Below, one piece after another: positions 1 to 9,986 of a DNA stretch of 49,647 nucleotides. Position 1 is the first letter of the stretch, and each line of letters opens with the position of its first letter. The DNA lies in assembly GCA_947589535.1 (NCBI GenBank), contig CANQAS010000003.1, positions 1-49,647 of the forward strand, given 5' to 3'. Made by a program: the position numbers and the translations under genes. Source of the DNA: an uncultured Bacilli bacterium. GTDB lineage: Bacteria > Bacillota_I > Bacilli_A > RF39 > UBA660. Below the pieces are notes generated by a model. It was not told the origin of the DNA, ran no database searches, and saw only the letters and a list, made by a program, of their open reading frames with translations.

Positions 1-617
1 CCTACAAAGGTCATTGATAGGTTAATTTTAAGTGAGCTTATTATGGTGTTTATATTTGACGGGAATATTACCTTAGTAAAGATTTGAAATTTATTAGCTT
101 TGAAGCTCTTAAGTAGTCTTATACTATTTTTATTAGTATGATTAAATCCTACATAAACACTTATTATTGTGGATATAACAGATATTAAAAGAGCCATCAA
201 TATTATTGAACTTTGATTAGCACCTGCCCATATAATTATTATTGGGCCAAGTGAAACTTTAGGTAAACTATTTAGTATAGTAAGATAAGGATCTAGCACC
301 TTTGATGCAAATGGGCTCCACCATAGGAATGCCGCGAATACTATACCTATTATTGTTCCAATACCAAAGCTTAATAATATTTCTTTTAATGTTACCCACA
401 CGTGCACTAATAAATCATTTGTTTTCCACAGGTTAATTGTTGTTTCTACTACTTTTTTAGGACTAGAACACAAAAATGAATTTATTATTTTATGATCTGA
501 TAAAAATTGCCATATAGTTATAAACAGAATAAGTATTAAAATTTGGGAAAATATAACTTTTGCTGTGTTCCATTTTAGTTTTTTTAAATATTTTTTATGT
601 TCTGTGTTAGCTTTCAT
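1..617 (-). CDS. ABC transporter permease, NitT/TauT (SsuC/ThiX-like) family; 3' end runs off the window
   Basis: My translation of the minus strand from the ATG at 617-615 gives MKANTEHKKYLKKLKWNTAKVIFSQILILILFITIWQFLSD...LNSLPKVSLGPIIIIWAG... This is multi-TM with a binding-protein-dependent permease signature region. The start overlaps the upstream ATPase stop by 11 nt. It is absent from the ORF track because it is truncated by the window edge. Confidence 0.8.
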   Translation of the reverse strand, partial: MKANTEHKKYLKKLKWNTAKVIFSQILILILFITIWQFLSDHKIINSFLCSSPKKVVETTINLWKTNDLLVHVWVTLKEILLSFGIGTIIGIVFAAFLWWSPFASKVLDPYLTILNSLPKVSLGPIIIIWAGANQSSIILMALLISVISTIISVYVGFNHTNKNSIRLLKSFKANKFQIFTKVIFPSNINTIISSLKINLSMTFV

Positions 618-1359
618 AATGATCTAGATCCTTCCATATTAAATTATAATAGTAACTAAATTTTGGGTTTTTTCTATTTTCACTAGGTAAATTAGTACCA
701 TCCATGTTAATTTCATATATGTTTTTAACTACTGATGGTCTATTACTAAGAACGATTACTTTACTAGCTAATGCCACTGCTTCTGAAATATCATGAGTTA
801 CCATTAAAGCAGTTTTTTTCTCTTCTTTTATTATCTTAAACACATCATCAGACACTGTTATTCTAGTTTGATAATCAAGTGCTGAAAATGGTTCGTCTAA
901 AAGAAGTATATCGGGTTTTAAAGCTAGTGTTCTAATAAGAGCAACTCTTTGTCTCATGCCACCAGATAATTCTTTAGGATAACTTTTTTCAAAAGACTCT
1001 AAACCATATTTTTTTAATAATAATTTAACATATCTTTTATTTTCTTCAGTTATTTTATTTTGGATTTTTAATCCTAGCATACAATTATCCAGAACCGTAA
1101 GCCATGGAAATAATGCATCCTCTTGAAACATATATCCTATTTTTATATCTTTTTTATTATACTTTATTTCTCCGCTGCTTTTATTTTCTAATTCACCTAT
1201 GATTGAAAGAATAGTTGATTTGCCACATCCAGATGGACCAACTAGTACTATGAATTCGTTTTCGTCTATGTCAAAGTTTATATTATCAAGCGCACATATA
1301 ACTTTTTTCTTAGTCAAATAGTTTTTTGATAACTCTTTTAATTCTAAGAGTTTAGACAT
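607..1359 (-). CDS. ABC transporter ATP-binding protein (NitT/TauT family)
   Basis: Walker A GPSGCGKST, ABC signature LSGGMRQR, Walker B LLLDEPFSALD, H-loop VTHD. It sits in an operon with a binding protein and a permease. Confidence 0.9.
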   Translation of the reverse strand: MSKLLELKELSKNYLTKKKVICALDNINFDIDENEFIVLVGPSGCGKSTILSIIGELENKSSGEIKYNKKDIKIGYMFQEDALFPWLTVLDNCMLGLKIQNKITEENKRYVKLLLKKYGLESFEKSYPKELSGGMRQRVALIRTLALKPDILLLDEPFSALDYQTRITVSDDVFKIIKEEKKTALMVTHDISEAVALASKVIVLSNRPSVVKNIYEINMDGTNLPSENRKNPKFSYYYNLIWKDLDHYES

Positions 1360-2357
1360 TATTTACCTTGATATATTAATTTGTTATATGGTGCTTTTTT
1401 ATCTAGTTCACCGCTTGCTTGCATTATTTCTTGTAAATGATCAAAATCATCTTTGGTAATTTCTGTTGAATCAGCCCATGCATCATTAGTTTTATATCTT
1501 TCAATGATTGCGGTTAGATCATTTAATGATAAATCTGGGAAGAATTCATATATATCTTTAGCAACAATACTAGAGTCAGTATTTTTAACATATTCTAATC
1601 CTTTATTAACGGCTTTAGTGAATCCTTCTATTACTTTAGGATTGTTTTTTATGTAGCTTTTTCTAGCATTGTAAGCGGTGTAAGGAACTTCTCCGCCCCA
1701 TGAGCCAACGTAACCTACAACGTATCCTAAACCTTGTTTTTCAACACTTAATGCATTAGGTTCAAACAAAGTTACAAAGTCAGCATATCCTCCTATAAAT
1801 GCTCCTTCCATAGCTGGGAAAGCAACGCTTGTGTCAATGGTTAAATCATTTTTAGGATCTATTCCATTTTGTCTTAAACCCCATTCAAAGGTCATTTCAG
1901 GCATTCCGCCTTGTCTTCCACCAATTACGGTTTTTCCCTTTAAATCTTCTAATTTAAAGTTATCATATTTCTTTCTTGATACTAAAAATGCTCCATCTCT
2001 TTTAGTTAATCTTGCAAAGTTTACAAGATAGTCTTCTTCACCACTATTATAAACATATATAGTAGCTTCACTTCCGCAGAATCCAACATCTGCATCACCA
2101 GATAATATGGCAGCAGATACTTTATCAGCGCCAGCTGTTAAGGTTAAATCTATTTTGATACCTTCATCTTCAAAATATCCCTTACTTATTGCAGCATAAG
2201 CTGGTGCATAAAATATAGTATGTGCCACTTCCGCTACTTTAACTTTTGTTAGTTTACTTGTCTTTTTGTTATTGCTAGTTTTATTACTTATAGCAAAGAA
2301 TAAAACGCCAGCTAAAACAATTAGGAAGCAAACTAAGATAATAATCTTCTTTTTCAT
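1359..2357 (-). CDS. ABC transporter substrate-binding protein, NMT1/THI5-like (SsuA/ThiY-type), N-terminally membrane anchored
   Basis: N-terminal hydrophobic anchor (KKIIILVCFLIVLAGVLFF). The periplasmic-binding fold resembles NMT1/THI5-type binding proteins. The stop/start overlaps the ATPase (ATG at 1359). Confidence 0.75.
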   Translation of the reverse strand: MKKKIIILVCFLIVLAGVLFFAISNKTSNNKKTSKLTKVKVAEVAHTIFYAPAYAAISKGYFEDEGIKIDLTLTAGADKVSAAILSGDADVGFCGSEATIYVYNSGEEDYLVNFARLTKRDGAFLVSRKKYDNFKLEDLKGKTVIGGRQGGMPEMTFEWGLRQNGIDPKNDLTIDTSVAFPAMEGAFIGGYADFVTLFEPNALSVEKQGLGYVVGYVGSWGGEVPYTAYNARKSYIKNNPKVIEGFTKAVNKGLEYVKNTDSSIVAKDIYEFFPDLSLNDLTAIIERYKTNDAWADSTEITKDDFDHLQEIMQASGELDKKAPYNKLIYQGK

Positions 2358-2469
2358 AAATCCTCCTTTTTACAATAATAGTATATTCTTTTGATTATTT
2401 TGGGTGATGTATTTACAATTGATAAATTTTAATTTATAATTTTGTTATAAGTAAAGTAGGGACTAGTTT

Positions 2470-4218
2470 ATGAAAAAAGAAAATACGGACATTACCTTAT
2501 TAGATAGTACACAAAAAGTAAATTATGTTAAGAATTTACTTTTTAATAGTGAAATAAATGCCGCTTTAGATACACTTTTAAAGAAAGAAAAGAAAGATTT
2601 GAGTATTATTAAGGTTATTATAGATGCATTAAATGATACATTAATAATAAATAGAATAAAAGAGCAATGTAATTTATATGATACGGAGAGTTCTAAATCA
2701 TTCGTTTACTCAAGAATAATAGCAACTTTATCTTTTTATAATAAGACGGTGATTTTAAATAGTTTTTTTAAGTTCTTAAGTGAAGAAGAAAGAAAAAAAA
2801 TAGCTTTTTATGAATATCAAAATAAAACTGATGTATCATTTAATAATAAGATATTTAATAAATATTGTTCTAAATATGAAGAAGACGCTTTAAAGAAGCT
2901 AAAATTAGATAATACAGAAGTACTTCTTTTAGATGAAGAAATAGAAAAGTATAATAGTTTATCTGATAAAAAGAAGAAAAAGAAAAGTAAACTAATACCT
3001 ATTTTAGCTAGTCTATTAGTAATTATTATTTTAGTGGTAGTTGGTTATAAAATCTATGATTATAATAAATTAATAAGTAAGTATAAAGGCCTTTTTTATC
3101 CAGGAATATACTTAAATGATATAGATTTAACAGGAAGAAAAAAAAGTGATTTAAAAAATATCATAAATGATGAAAAAGCCCGTATTCAAAATGGTACATT
3201 TATAGTTAATAACGTTAATGGTGATTATAAATTTACTTATGAAGAATTAGGAATTCTAGTAGAAGATAATAAAATAGAAAATAATTTAATTAACTATAAT
3301 AATAACTTATCATTTTTTAAAAAACTTTCTATGATAAAGAGTAATAAAAAAAATAAAGTTTTTTATATGAATGCCACTTATGATGATGAAGTGATAGATG
3401 AATTAATGAAAACATTAGAAGAAAAGTTAAATACCTCTGCAAGGGATGATGGGATAGTAGTAGATGATGCTCATAACGTTTACTATGATAAAGGAGCTAG
3501 TGGTTTTACTTTAGATGTTCCTAAAACAAAGTTGAAAATAGAAAAAGCTTTATCTAACTTAAAAGAAGAAATCGTAATAAAAGCCGAAGGTACCGTTATA
3601 AAAAATGATATTAAATATGAATCTTTATCAAGTATTAATAAAAAAGTATCAAGTTATACTACATATTTTGAAAACGTTGGTAATAGAGGTCATAACATTA
3701 GCTTAGCTTCTAATAGGCTTAGTGGTACCATACTTATGCCAGGTGAGACCTTCTCTTATCTTAAAGTTGTAGGGCCATATGGTGCTTCTAATGGTTATTT
3801 GCCAGCTCCGATATATTTAAATGGTGATACTGCAACTGAAAATGGCGGTGGTGTATGTCAGTTAGCATCAACTTTATATATGGCGCAACTAAAAGCAGGA
3901 TTACAAACCGTATCAAGAAGAGGACATACCTTTGCACCAACGTATGTTCCAAAAGGTCTTGATGCAACAGTTTATTCAACCACTACTGACTTTAAATTTA
4001 AGAATAATTATGAATATCCTGTTTATATAGTATCGTATGTTAGAGGTAATTACTTAAACGTTGATATTTGGACAAATGAAAATGCTTTAGGTGGTAAAAC
4101 TTATGAACCATATTCAGTAGCATCAAATGGTGGTTGGTTAGCTTACTTAAAAATAATAGAAGATGGTAAAGTAATAGAAACTAAATACTTAGATAGAAGT
4201 GTTTACAAAGCACATTAA
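2470..4218 (+). CDS. VanW-domain (YoaR-like) membrane protein
   Basis: Single TM (LIPILASLLVIIILVVVGY) after a ~175-aa cytoplasmic region. The C-terminal VanW-type core reads GETFSYLKVVGP...GGGVCQLASTLY...RGHTFAPTYVPKGLDATV. Confidence 0.8.
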   Translation: MKKENTDITLLDSTQKVNYVKNLLFNSEINAALDTLLKKEKKDLSIIKVIIDALNDTLIINRIKEQCNLYDTESSKSFVYSRIIATLSFYNKTVILNSFFKFLSEEERKKIAFYEYQNKTDVSFNNKIFNKYCSKYEEDALKKLKLDNTEVLLLDEEIEKYNSLSDKKKKKKSKLIPILASLLVIIILVVVGYKIYDYNKLISKYKGLFYPGIYLNDIDLTGRKKSDLKNIINDEKARIQNGTFIVNNVNGDYKFTYEELGILVEDNKIENNLINYNNNLSFFKKLSMIKSNKKNKVFYMNATYDDEVIDELMKTLEEKLNTSARDDGIVVDDAHNVYYDKGASGFTLDVPKTKLKIEKALSNLKEEIVIKAEGTVIKNDIKYESLSSINKKVSSYTTYFENVGNRGHNISLASNRLSGTILMPGETFSYLKVVGPYGASNGYLPAPIYLNGDTATENGGGVCQLASTLYMAQLKAGLQTVSRRGHTFAPTYVPKGLDATVYSTTTDFKFKNNYEYPVYIVSYVRGNYLNVDIWTNENALGGKTYEPYSVASNGGWLAYLKIIEDGKVIETKYLDRSVYKAH

Positions 4219-4250
4219 AATACTTAAGTTGCTTGCTTAAGTATTTTTAA
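4217..4250 (+). terminator. Rho-independent terminator after the VanW-domain gene
   Basis: Hairpin aaaatacttaag / ttgcttg loop / cttaagtatttt, followed by a T run. Confidence 0.7.
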
Positions 4251-4489
4251 ATTTTAGAAAGTTTTTAATTAATGTTTAACATTTGTTGATCAAATCAGAA
4301 CTTTAGACTTTAATTAACGTATTTAATTATTTAGCGTAAAGTATATAAGTAAAAGAAGAATTATCACATAGAAAAAGATATAGAATAACAGGTAAAAAAT
4401 AATATTTAAAATATATGTAAAATTTAGTTTTGCATGTATTTTTTATTTGCCTTCTATGTTAAAATAGAAAGGTATAGAAGAGGTAAATT

Positions 4490-6583
4490 ATGAATCTAGA
4501 TTATTTAAATGACAGACAAAAAGAAGCTGTTTTAGCAAGTGATGGACCACTTTTAATACTTGCAGGTGCAGGATCTGGTAAAACGAGTGTATTAACTACT
4601 AAAGTAGCTTATTTAATAAAAGAAAAACAAATTGATCCTAGAAATATAGTCGCAATAACTTTTACTAATAAAGCTGCCAAGGAAATGAAGGAACGTATTA
4701 TAAAATTAGTTGGAAATGTAGGGTATGATATTCAAATATCAACATTTCACTCATTTGGTCTTAGAATAATTAAAGAAAATTATGATATATTAGGCTATGA
4801 GAAAAGCTTTACTATTATAGATAGTGATGACTCTTTAACGGTAATAAAGAAGCTTTTAAAAGATATGAACGTTGATACTACTAGATATAATCCTAAGTTT
4901 GTTAAGAATCAGATAAGTTCTGCTAAAAACGAGATGGTTACACCGGAAAAATATAAAACCTTAGTAAATGATGAGATAAGTGATATAACTTATAAGACTT
5001 ATAAAAAGTATCAAGAAACGCTTTTGAAAAATAACTCATTAGATTTTGATGACTTACTTATTAAGCCTATTGAATTATTTAGTAAACACCCGGATGTGTT
5101 ACAACAATATCAAGAACTATTTAAATATATATTTATAGATGAATATCAGGATACTAACGAAGCTCAATACATATTATCAAAAATGATCAGTGCTAAGTAT
5201 AAAAACATATGTGTTGTAGGAGATGATTCGCAGAGTATCTACTCTTGGAGAGGTGCAAATTTTAGAAATATACTAAACTTTGAAAAAGATTATAATGATG
5301 CTAAAGTTATTTTACTTGAACAAAATTATCGTTCTACTAAAACCATTTTAAATGCAGCTAACAGTGTTATTAAAAATAACGTTCAAAAAAAAGATAAGAA
5401 TTTATGGACTAAAAATGAAACTGGTGAAAAAATAAAATACGTAAGAGCAATTGATGAAAAAGATGAAGCATCATTTGTAACTAGAGAAATTAAAAAATTA
5501 AAAGAGGAAGGTGTTTCTTTAGATGACATTGCTGTTCTTTATAGAACTAACGCTCAATCAAGAACCATAGAAGAAGGTTTCTTAAATAGTAACATTCCAT
5601 ATCGAATAGTCGGAGCATTTGCTTTCTATTCTAGAAAAGAAATAAAAGATTTACTTGCGTATTTAAAGCTTATCTATAACACAAAAGATGATGTTTCTTT
5701 GATGAGGGTAATTAATTATCCTAAAAGAGGAATAGGAACTAAAACAATTGATAATTTAAGTATGGATGCAGTATTAAATAATTCATCCATGTTTGAAGCA
5801 ATTAAAAAAGGTAAAGAGCTAGAATTTAAGAAAATTATTTTAGAAATGAAAGAAAAAAGTGAGTCACTTAGCTTAACCGAAACGATTGATATGGTGTTAG
5901 ATAAATCAGGAATTAGAAGTGATTTAGAATCAGAACATACTTTAGAAGCAGACATAAGATTAGAAAACTTAAGCGAATTTAAATCTATTACTAAAACTTT
6001 TGAAGAAGAAAGTGGTATTGCATCATTAGAAGATTTCCTAAACGAAGTAAGTTTAGTAAGTGATGTTAATGATCAAAAAAATGATGACACACCTAAGGTA
6101 GCTTTAATGACTACGCACGCAGTTAAGGGTCTTGAATTTAAATATGTATTTGTAATAGGCATGGAAGAAAACATATTTCCCCATGTTAACTGCATAGAAG
6201 GGCCAGAGGGCTTAGAAGAAGAAAGACGTCTTTGTTATGTTGCAATAACAAGAGCTAAAAAGAAATTATATTTACTAAATGCTCTTAAAAGAACTTTATT
6301 TGGAAAGTCAAGTGTTAACATGCCAAGTAGGTTTATTGCGGAAATAGATAAAGATTTAATTGATATGCCTGAAAAAAAGAGTGTAATTATTAATCAAAAT
6401 AAAATTGATAAGTTGAGGATGTTTAATGATGATAATGGATTAAAAGCTGGTGATAATGTCATTCATGATATTTATGGTCCGGGTGTTGTTGTTAACGTTG
6501 ATAAATCTATTGCAACCATAGCATTTAAAGGGCAAGGCATTAAGAAATTAATGAAAAATCATAAGAGTATAAAGAAGGTGTAA
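4490..6583 (+). CDS. pcrA: ATP-dependent DNA helicase, UvrD/PcrA family
   Basis: SF1 motifs: AGAGSGKTSVL, FIDEYQDTN, VGDDSQSIYSWRGA, QNYRST, TTHAVKGLEF, RRLCYVAITRAKKKL. C-terminal Tudor-like GDNVIHDIYGPGVVV. RBS gaagagg lies upstream. Confidence 0.88.
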   Translation: MNLDYLNDRQKEAVLASDGPLLILAGAGSGKTSVLTTKVAYLIKEKQIDPRNIVAITFTNKAAKEMKERIIKLVGNVGYDIQISTFHSFGLRIIKENYDILGYEKSFTIIDSDDSLTVIKKLLKDMNVDTTRYNPKFVKNQISSAKNEMVTPEKYKTLVNDEISDITYKTYKKYQETLLKNNSLDFDDLLIKPIELFSKHPDVLQQYQELFKYIFIDEYQDTNEAQYILSKMISAKYKNICVVGDDSQSIYSWRGANFRNILNFEKDYNDAKVILLEQNYRSTKTILNAANSVIKNNVQKKDKNLWTKNETGEKIKYVRAIDEKDEASFVTREIKKLKEEGVSLDDIAVLYRTNAQSRTIEEGFLNSNIPYRIVGAFAFYSRKEIKDLLAYLKLIYNTKDDVSLMRVINYPKRGIGTKTIDNLSMDAVLNNSSMFEAIKKGKELEFKKIILEMKEKSESLSLTETIDMVLDKSGIRSDLESEHTLEADIRLENLSEFKSITKTFEEESGIASLEDFLNEVSLVSDVNDQKNDDTPKVALMTTHAVKGLEFKYVFVIGMEENIFPHVNCIEGPEGLEEERRLCYVAITRAKKKLYLLNALKRTLFGKSSVNMPSRFIAEIDKDLIDMPEKKSVIINQNKIDKLRMFNDDNGLKAGDNVIHDIYGPGVVVNVDKSIATIAFKGQGIKKLMKNHKSIKKV

Positions 6584-6585
6584 TA

Positions 6586-7311
6586 ATGGAAAGATTACAA
6601 AAGTTAATTGCAGAAGCTGGATACTGTTCTAGAAGAAAAGCTGAAGAACTAATAAAACAAGGAAAAGTTATACTTAATGGTCAAAAGATAACTGAACTTG
6701 GTAAAAAAGCTTCTTTTGGAGATGAAATATTAGTTGAAGGTAACTTAATTGAATATCAAGAAAAAGAATATTATTTATTTTATAAACCAAGAGGAGTTGT
6801 TTGTACAACAAAAGATGACAAGGGACGAAAAACGGTTTTAGACTTCTTTGATGACGTTGGTAAAAGAATTTATCCAGTAGGCAGGTTAGATTATGACACA
6901 ACAGGCGTTCTTCTTTTAACTAACGATGGTGAATTTGCTAACCTTATGATGCATCCTAAAAGTAAAATTGATAAATATTATATTGCAAAATTAAAAGGAA
7001 TAGTAACAGGTGATGAGGTAAAAGCTTTGAAAAGCGGCGTTAAAATTGATAATAAAAAAGTTTACCCTTCAAGGGTTAAACTAAAAAAAATAGATAAGAA
7101 AAACATGACTTCTATAATAGAAATAACCATTCATGATGGTATAAATCATGAAGTTAAAAAACTAATGGAATCTATTGGACATGAAGTTATTAAACTAAAA
7201 AGAGAGGCTTTTGGTTTTCTTAATCTTAATGGGTTAAAAAGTGGTGAAAAAAGAAGTTTAACCTCTAAAGAAGTTAGACAATTATATAATATGGCGATTA
7301 ATAAAAAATAA
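6586..7311 (+). CDS. rluB: 23S rRNA pseudouridine synthase, RsuA/RluB family (S4 domain plus PsuS core)
   Basis: N-terminal S4 domain (RLQKLIAEAGYCSRRKAEELIKQGKV). Catalytic motif GRLDYDTTGVLLLTNDG. Confidence 0.85.
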   Translation: MERLQKLIAEAGYCSRRKAEELIKQGKVILNGQKITELGKKASFGDEILVEGNLIEYQEKEYYLFYKPRGVVCTTKDDKGRKTVLDFFDDVGKRIYPVGRLDYDTTGVLLLTNDGEFANLMMHPKSKIDKYYIAKLKGIVTGDEVKALKSGVKIDNKKVYPSRVKLKKIDKKNMTSIIEITIHDGINHEVKKLMESIGHEVIKLKREAFGFLNLNGLKSGEKRSLTSKEVRQLYNMAINKK

Positions 7312-7321
7312 AAAAGTTGAA

Positions 7322-7537
7322 TTAATCAGCTTTTTCATCTTTTTCTTTATCTTCTTCAATTGCTTCTGTTGGACAACCTTTCATTGCCTCAATTGCATCT
7401 TCTTTTATTTTTTTATCTTTGACTTCTTCTTTGCTAGCTTCCGCAAATCCGTCATCTTTTATTTTAAATACCTCTTCGCAAATTGCTTGGCAAGCTCCGC
7501 AACCAATACATTTATCTTTATCTACCTTGAATTTCAT
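7322..7537 (-). CDS. Small single-cluster ferredoxin
   Basis: CIGCGACQAIC ... GCP motif in a 71-aa acidic protein. Confidence 0.85.
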   Translation of the reverse strand: MKFKVDKDKCIGCGACQAICEEVFKIKDDGFAEASKEEVKDKKIKEDAIEAMKGCPTEAIEEDKEKDEKAD

Positions 7538-7646
7538 AATTGCCTCCTAATAAAATTATTATATAATAAACTTTAAAAAAATCAATAATACTTTAAAAAA
7601 AATGTAAAGTATGATATGATTAACTTAACAATAAGGAGGTGTTTTT

Positions 7647-8471
7647 ATGCAGTCTAGGATGGATAAATATGCTAATGATTCTAAAAAGCGTTACGAAAGA
7701 TCTAAGAAAAACACTAAATTATATGAAGAAGTTTATGATGATATTTATAAAAATACAACATATAAGAATATGGAAATAATTGATTCTGCGAAGGAAATTA
7801 ATATAAATAAATTAAAAAACATTCTTGATGATAAGTATGATACTAAACAATATAGGACTTTAAGAAAGTATTCAATTGAAGATATAGATAAAGATGATAA
7901 ACCTATATTTAATGAGGAAAGAGAAAAGGTTTATGATATAAATGAAATATTAGATAAAGCTAAAAGTAAAAGAAGTTTTTTAGAAGAAGCAAAGGAAAAA
8001 CAAAAATATATAAACTTCAGTGAATATCGAGGCAAAAAATATAGTAACAAGTATGAAGAAATGGAAAAGGAAGAACAAGAGCTTGAAGAGCTAATAAATA
8101 CAATGGTTGTATCTACGCAAGACGATGATACCCAAGATGCTTTAGATATGTTTTCTAATCTTAAAGGTTCAGAAGATACAATAGTTACAAATCCAATAGA
8201 TACGTCATTTGAACTTACAGATGATTCTGAAAATACAAAAACAAGTACTGAAGATATAAAAGGAGATTTAGAAAAGACCCTTGTAAAAGCTGATAGAACG
8301 TTTTATACGGATTCAAATATGTTTACAAAAAATGATTTTGAAGATTTTAGTACTCTTAAAGGACAACTAAAAAAATCTTCTAGAACTAAGAAATTTATAA
8401 TAATATTAATAATTCTAATTGCTTTAGCAGTAGTAGGTTATTTTGTATATACAAAGTTAATTTTAAAATAA
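7647..8471 (+). CDS. Hypothetical charged protein with a C-terminal transmembrane anchor
   Basis: Strong RBS aaggaggtg. Long K/E/D-rich region ending in FIIILIILIALAVVGYFVY. I recognise no domain. Confidence 0.6.
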   Translation: MQSRMDKYANDSKKRYERSKKNTKLYEEVYDDIYKNTTYKNMEIIDSAKEININKLKNILDDKYDTKQYRTLRKYSIEDIDKDDKPIFNEEREKVYDINEILDKAKSKRSFLEEAKEKQKYINFSEYRGKKYSNKYEEMEKEEQELEELINTMVVSTQDDDTQDALDMFSNLKGSEDTIVTNPIDTSFELTDDSENTKTSTEDIKGDLEKTLVKADRTFYTDSNMFTKNDFEDFSTLKGQLKKSSRTKKFIIILIILIALAVVGYFVYTKLILK

Positions 8472-8509
8472 ACAAGGATATTATAAAAAATAATACCCTT
8501 GTTTTTTTC
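8471..8509 (+). terminator. Rho-independent terminator
   Basis: aacaaggatatta / loop / taatacccttgtt (one mismatch), followed by ttttttt. Confidence 0.7.
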
Positions 8510-8529
8510 ATATAATATCTTGTGATATT

Positions 8530-9243
8530 ATGGTTAAAATGAAAACTATTTTAAAAAAAGCGTATCTTTTAATATTTATGGTTATAATATTATTTAGTAT
8601 TATATTTTTAGTAATTTTAAATAAAAAAGCGATGCCAGCAATTATGAGTTATGCTAATGTTCAAACTAAAAAAGTAGGAATTGAAGTTCTTAAGGATACT
8701 GGTATAAAAGAGGTAAGTGAGAAATTTAAGGATAAGGATTTTTTTAAGACTACTTTTAATGGTAATAATGAAATAGAGACCATTGACTTTGATACTGGTT
8801 TAATAAACGAAACATTAGTAGAAATTGCTAAAAACGTTAGAAAAAGATTAAAAGAGGTAGAAAAAGGTGAGAATTTACCAGATGAAATGTATTCTGACGT
8901 ACTAGATAAAAGTTTAAAAAATGGAATTATTTATGAAGTTCCGTTTGGAGTTGTATTTGGGAATGCCTTTTTATCCAACGTCGGTCCAAAGATCCCAGTT
9001 AAAATAAAATACTCTGGAAATGTTGGGCTTGATGTTAAAACAAAAGTAAAATCCTATGGATTAAATAGCGCATTAATTGAAGTATATATATATATTGAGG
9101 TGACCCAAAGAACTATTCTTCCATTTCAATCAAAAGATATTAAGTTAATTAGTGAAGTTCCAGTTGTTATGAAGGTTATAAAAGGCGATGTTCCATATTA
9201 TTTATCGGGAACTAATAACTCATATAGTTTGCCGATAAATTAA
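8530..9243 (+). CDS. yunB: Sporulation protein YunB
   Basis: N-terminal TM. The size and sequence pattern (EVPFGVVFGNAFLSNVGPKIPVKIKYSGNV...VYIYIEV) are typical of the YunB family. Confidence 0.7.
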   Translation: MVKMKTILKKAYLLIFMVIILFSIIFLVILNKKAMPAIMSYANVQTKKVGIEVLKDTGIKEVSEKFKDKDFFKTTFNGNNEIETIDFDTGLINETLVEIAKNVRKRLKEVEKGENLPDEMYSDVLDKSLKNGIIYEVPFGVVFGNAFLSNVGPKIPVKIKYSGNVGLDVKTKVKSYGLNSALIEVYIYIEVTQRTILPFQSKDIKLISEVPVVMKVIKGDVPYYLSGTNNSYSLPIN

Positions 9244-9279
9244 AAAAATGCTATAATTTTTATAGTATGGAGGATGATT

Positions 9280-9555
9280 ATGGAACAAATAACTTTAGAA
9301 GAAAATGATTACGAAATAATTACCAATCAAAAAAATGGTTACAATAAAGAAGAGTTAACTAATAAATACACCGATTACTTTAAAGACTTTGACTATATTG
9401 TAGGTGATTGGGCATATGGGAAGTTAAGATTAAAAGGTTTTTATGATAAATCGAACAAAAAATGTAAAGAAATTAATAATTTTGAGAATTTAGATAAATA
9501 TTTAAAAGAAAATTGCGCTTTTGATTGCTCATATTTTGTTGCAAAAAGAAAATAA
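9280..9555 (+). CDS. yutD: YutD-like protein (DUF1027)
   Basis: The DYIVGDWAYGKLRLKGFYD motif matches my recollection of B. subtilis YutD. The start was moved to the third codon of the tracked ORF because GGAGG abuts the first ATG. Confidence 0.65.
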   Translation: MEQITLEENDYEIITNQKNGYNKEELTNKYTDYFKDFDYIVGDWAYGKLRLKGFYDKSNKKCKEINNFENLDKYLKENCAFDCSYFVAKRK

Positions 9556-9596
9556 GTATGTTAAAATATCTTATATAGAATAAAAGAGGTGTTTAT

Positions 9597-9968
9597 ATGG
9601 TAACTACAACTAGTATTGGAAGTGGAAAAAAAGTAAATGTAGGACAAAGTTTTGCGAATGGTATGTCAGCTTTACAAACTAGCCAAAGAGAAAAGTTTGT
9701 AATAGTAGATGAAGCTGGTACAAATAAGGATGCAGAACGTTTATCATTATTTAAATTAAAAGACATGAATAAAACCTATATCGTTTATACTTTTAATGAA
9801 ACCGATGAAAACGATATGATTAAGTTATATGTTGCTATATTAAATGAAAAAGATGGAGTATATTCATTAGAAAATATAACTGATAATGATGAGTGGACTA
9901 AAGTAAAAGATGCAATGAGAAAGCTTGCAAAAAACGGACAACAAATTTTAAATTTGGATAATGAATAG
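9597..9968 (+). CDS. Hypothetical protein, DUF1292-like
   Basis: Pattern FVIVDEAG...YIVYTF...ENITDNDEWTKVKDAM resembles the UPF0473/DUF1292 layout. The assignment is weak. Confidence 0.45.
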   Translation: MVTTTSIGSGKKVNVGQSFANGMSALQTSQREKFVIVDEAGTNKDAERLSLFKLKDMNKTYIVYTFNETDENDMIKLYVAILNEKDGVYSLENITDNDEWTKVKDAMRKLAKNGQQILNLDNE

Positions 9969-9986
9969 TAGGTAGGAGGATTAAGC

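Noticed and set aside
2358-2469. I looked for a TPP (THI-box) riboswitch upstream of the NMT1/THI5-like binding-protein operon.
   Set aside because: The 112-bp leader is almost pure A/T. It lacks the conserved CUGAGA and ACCUGAUCUGGAUAAUGCCAGCG-type elements, so there is no support for a riboswitch.
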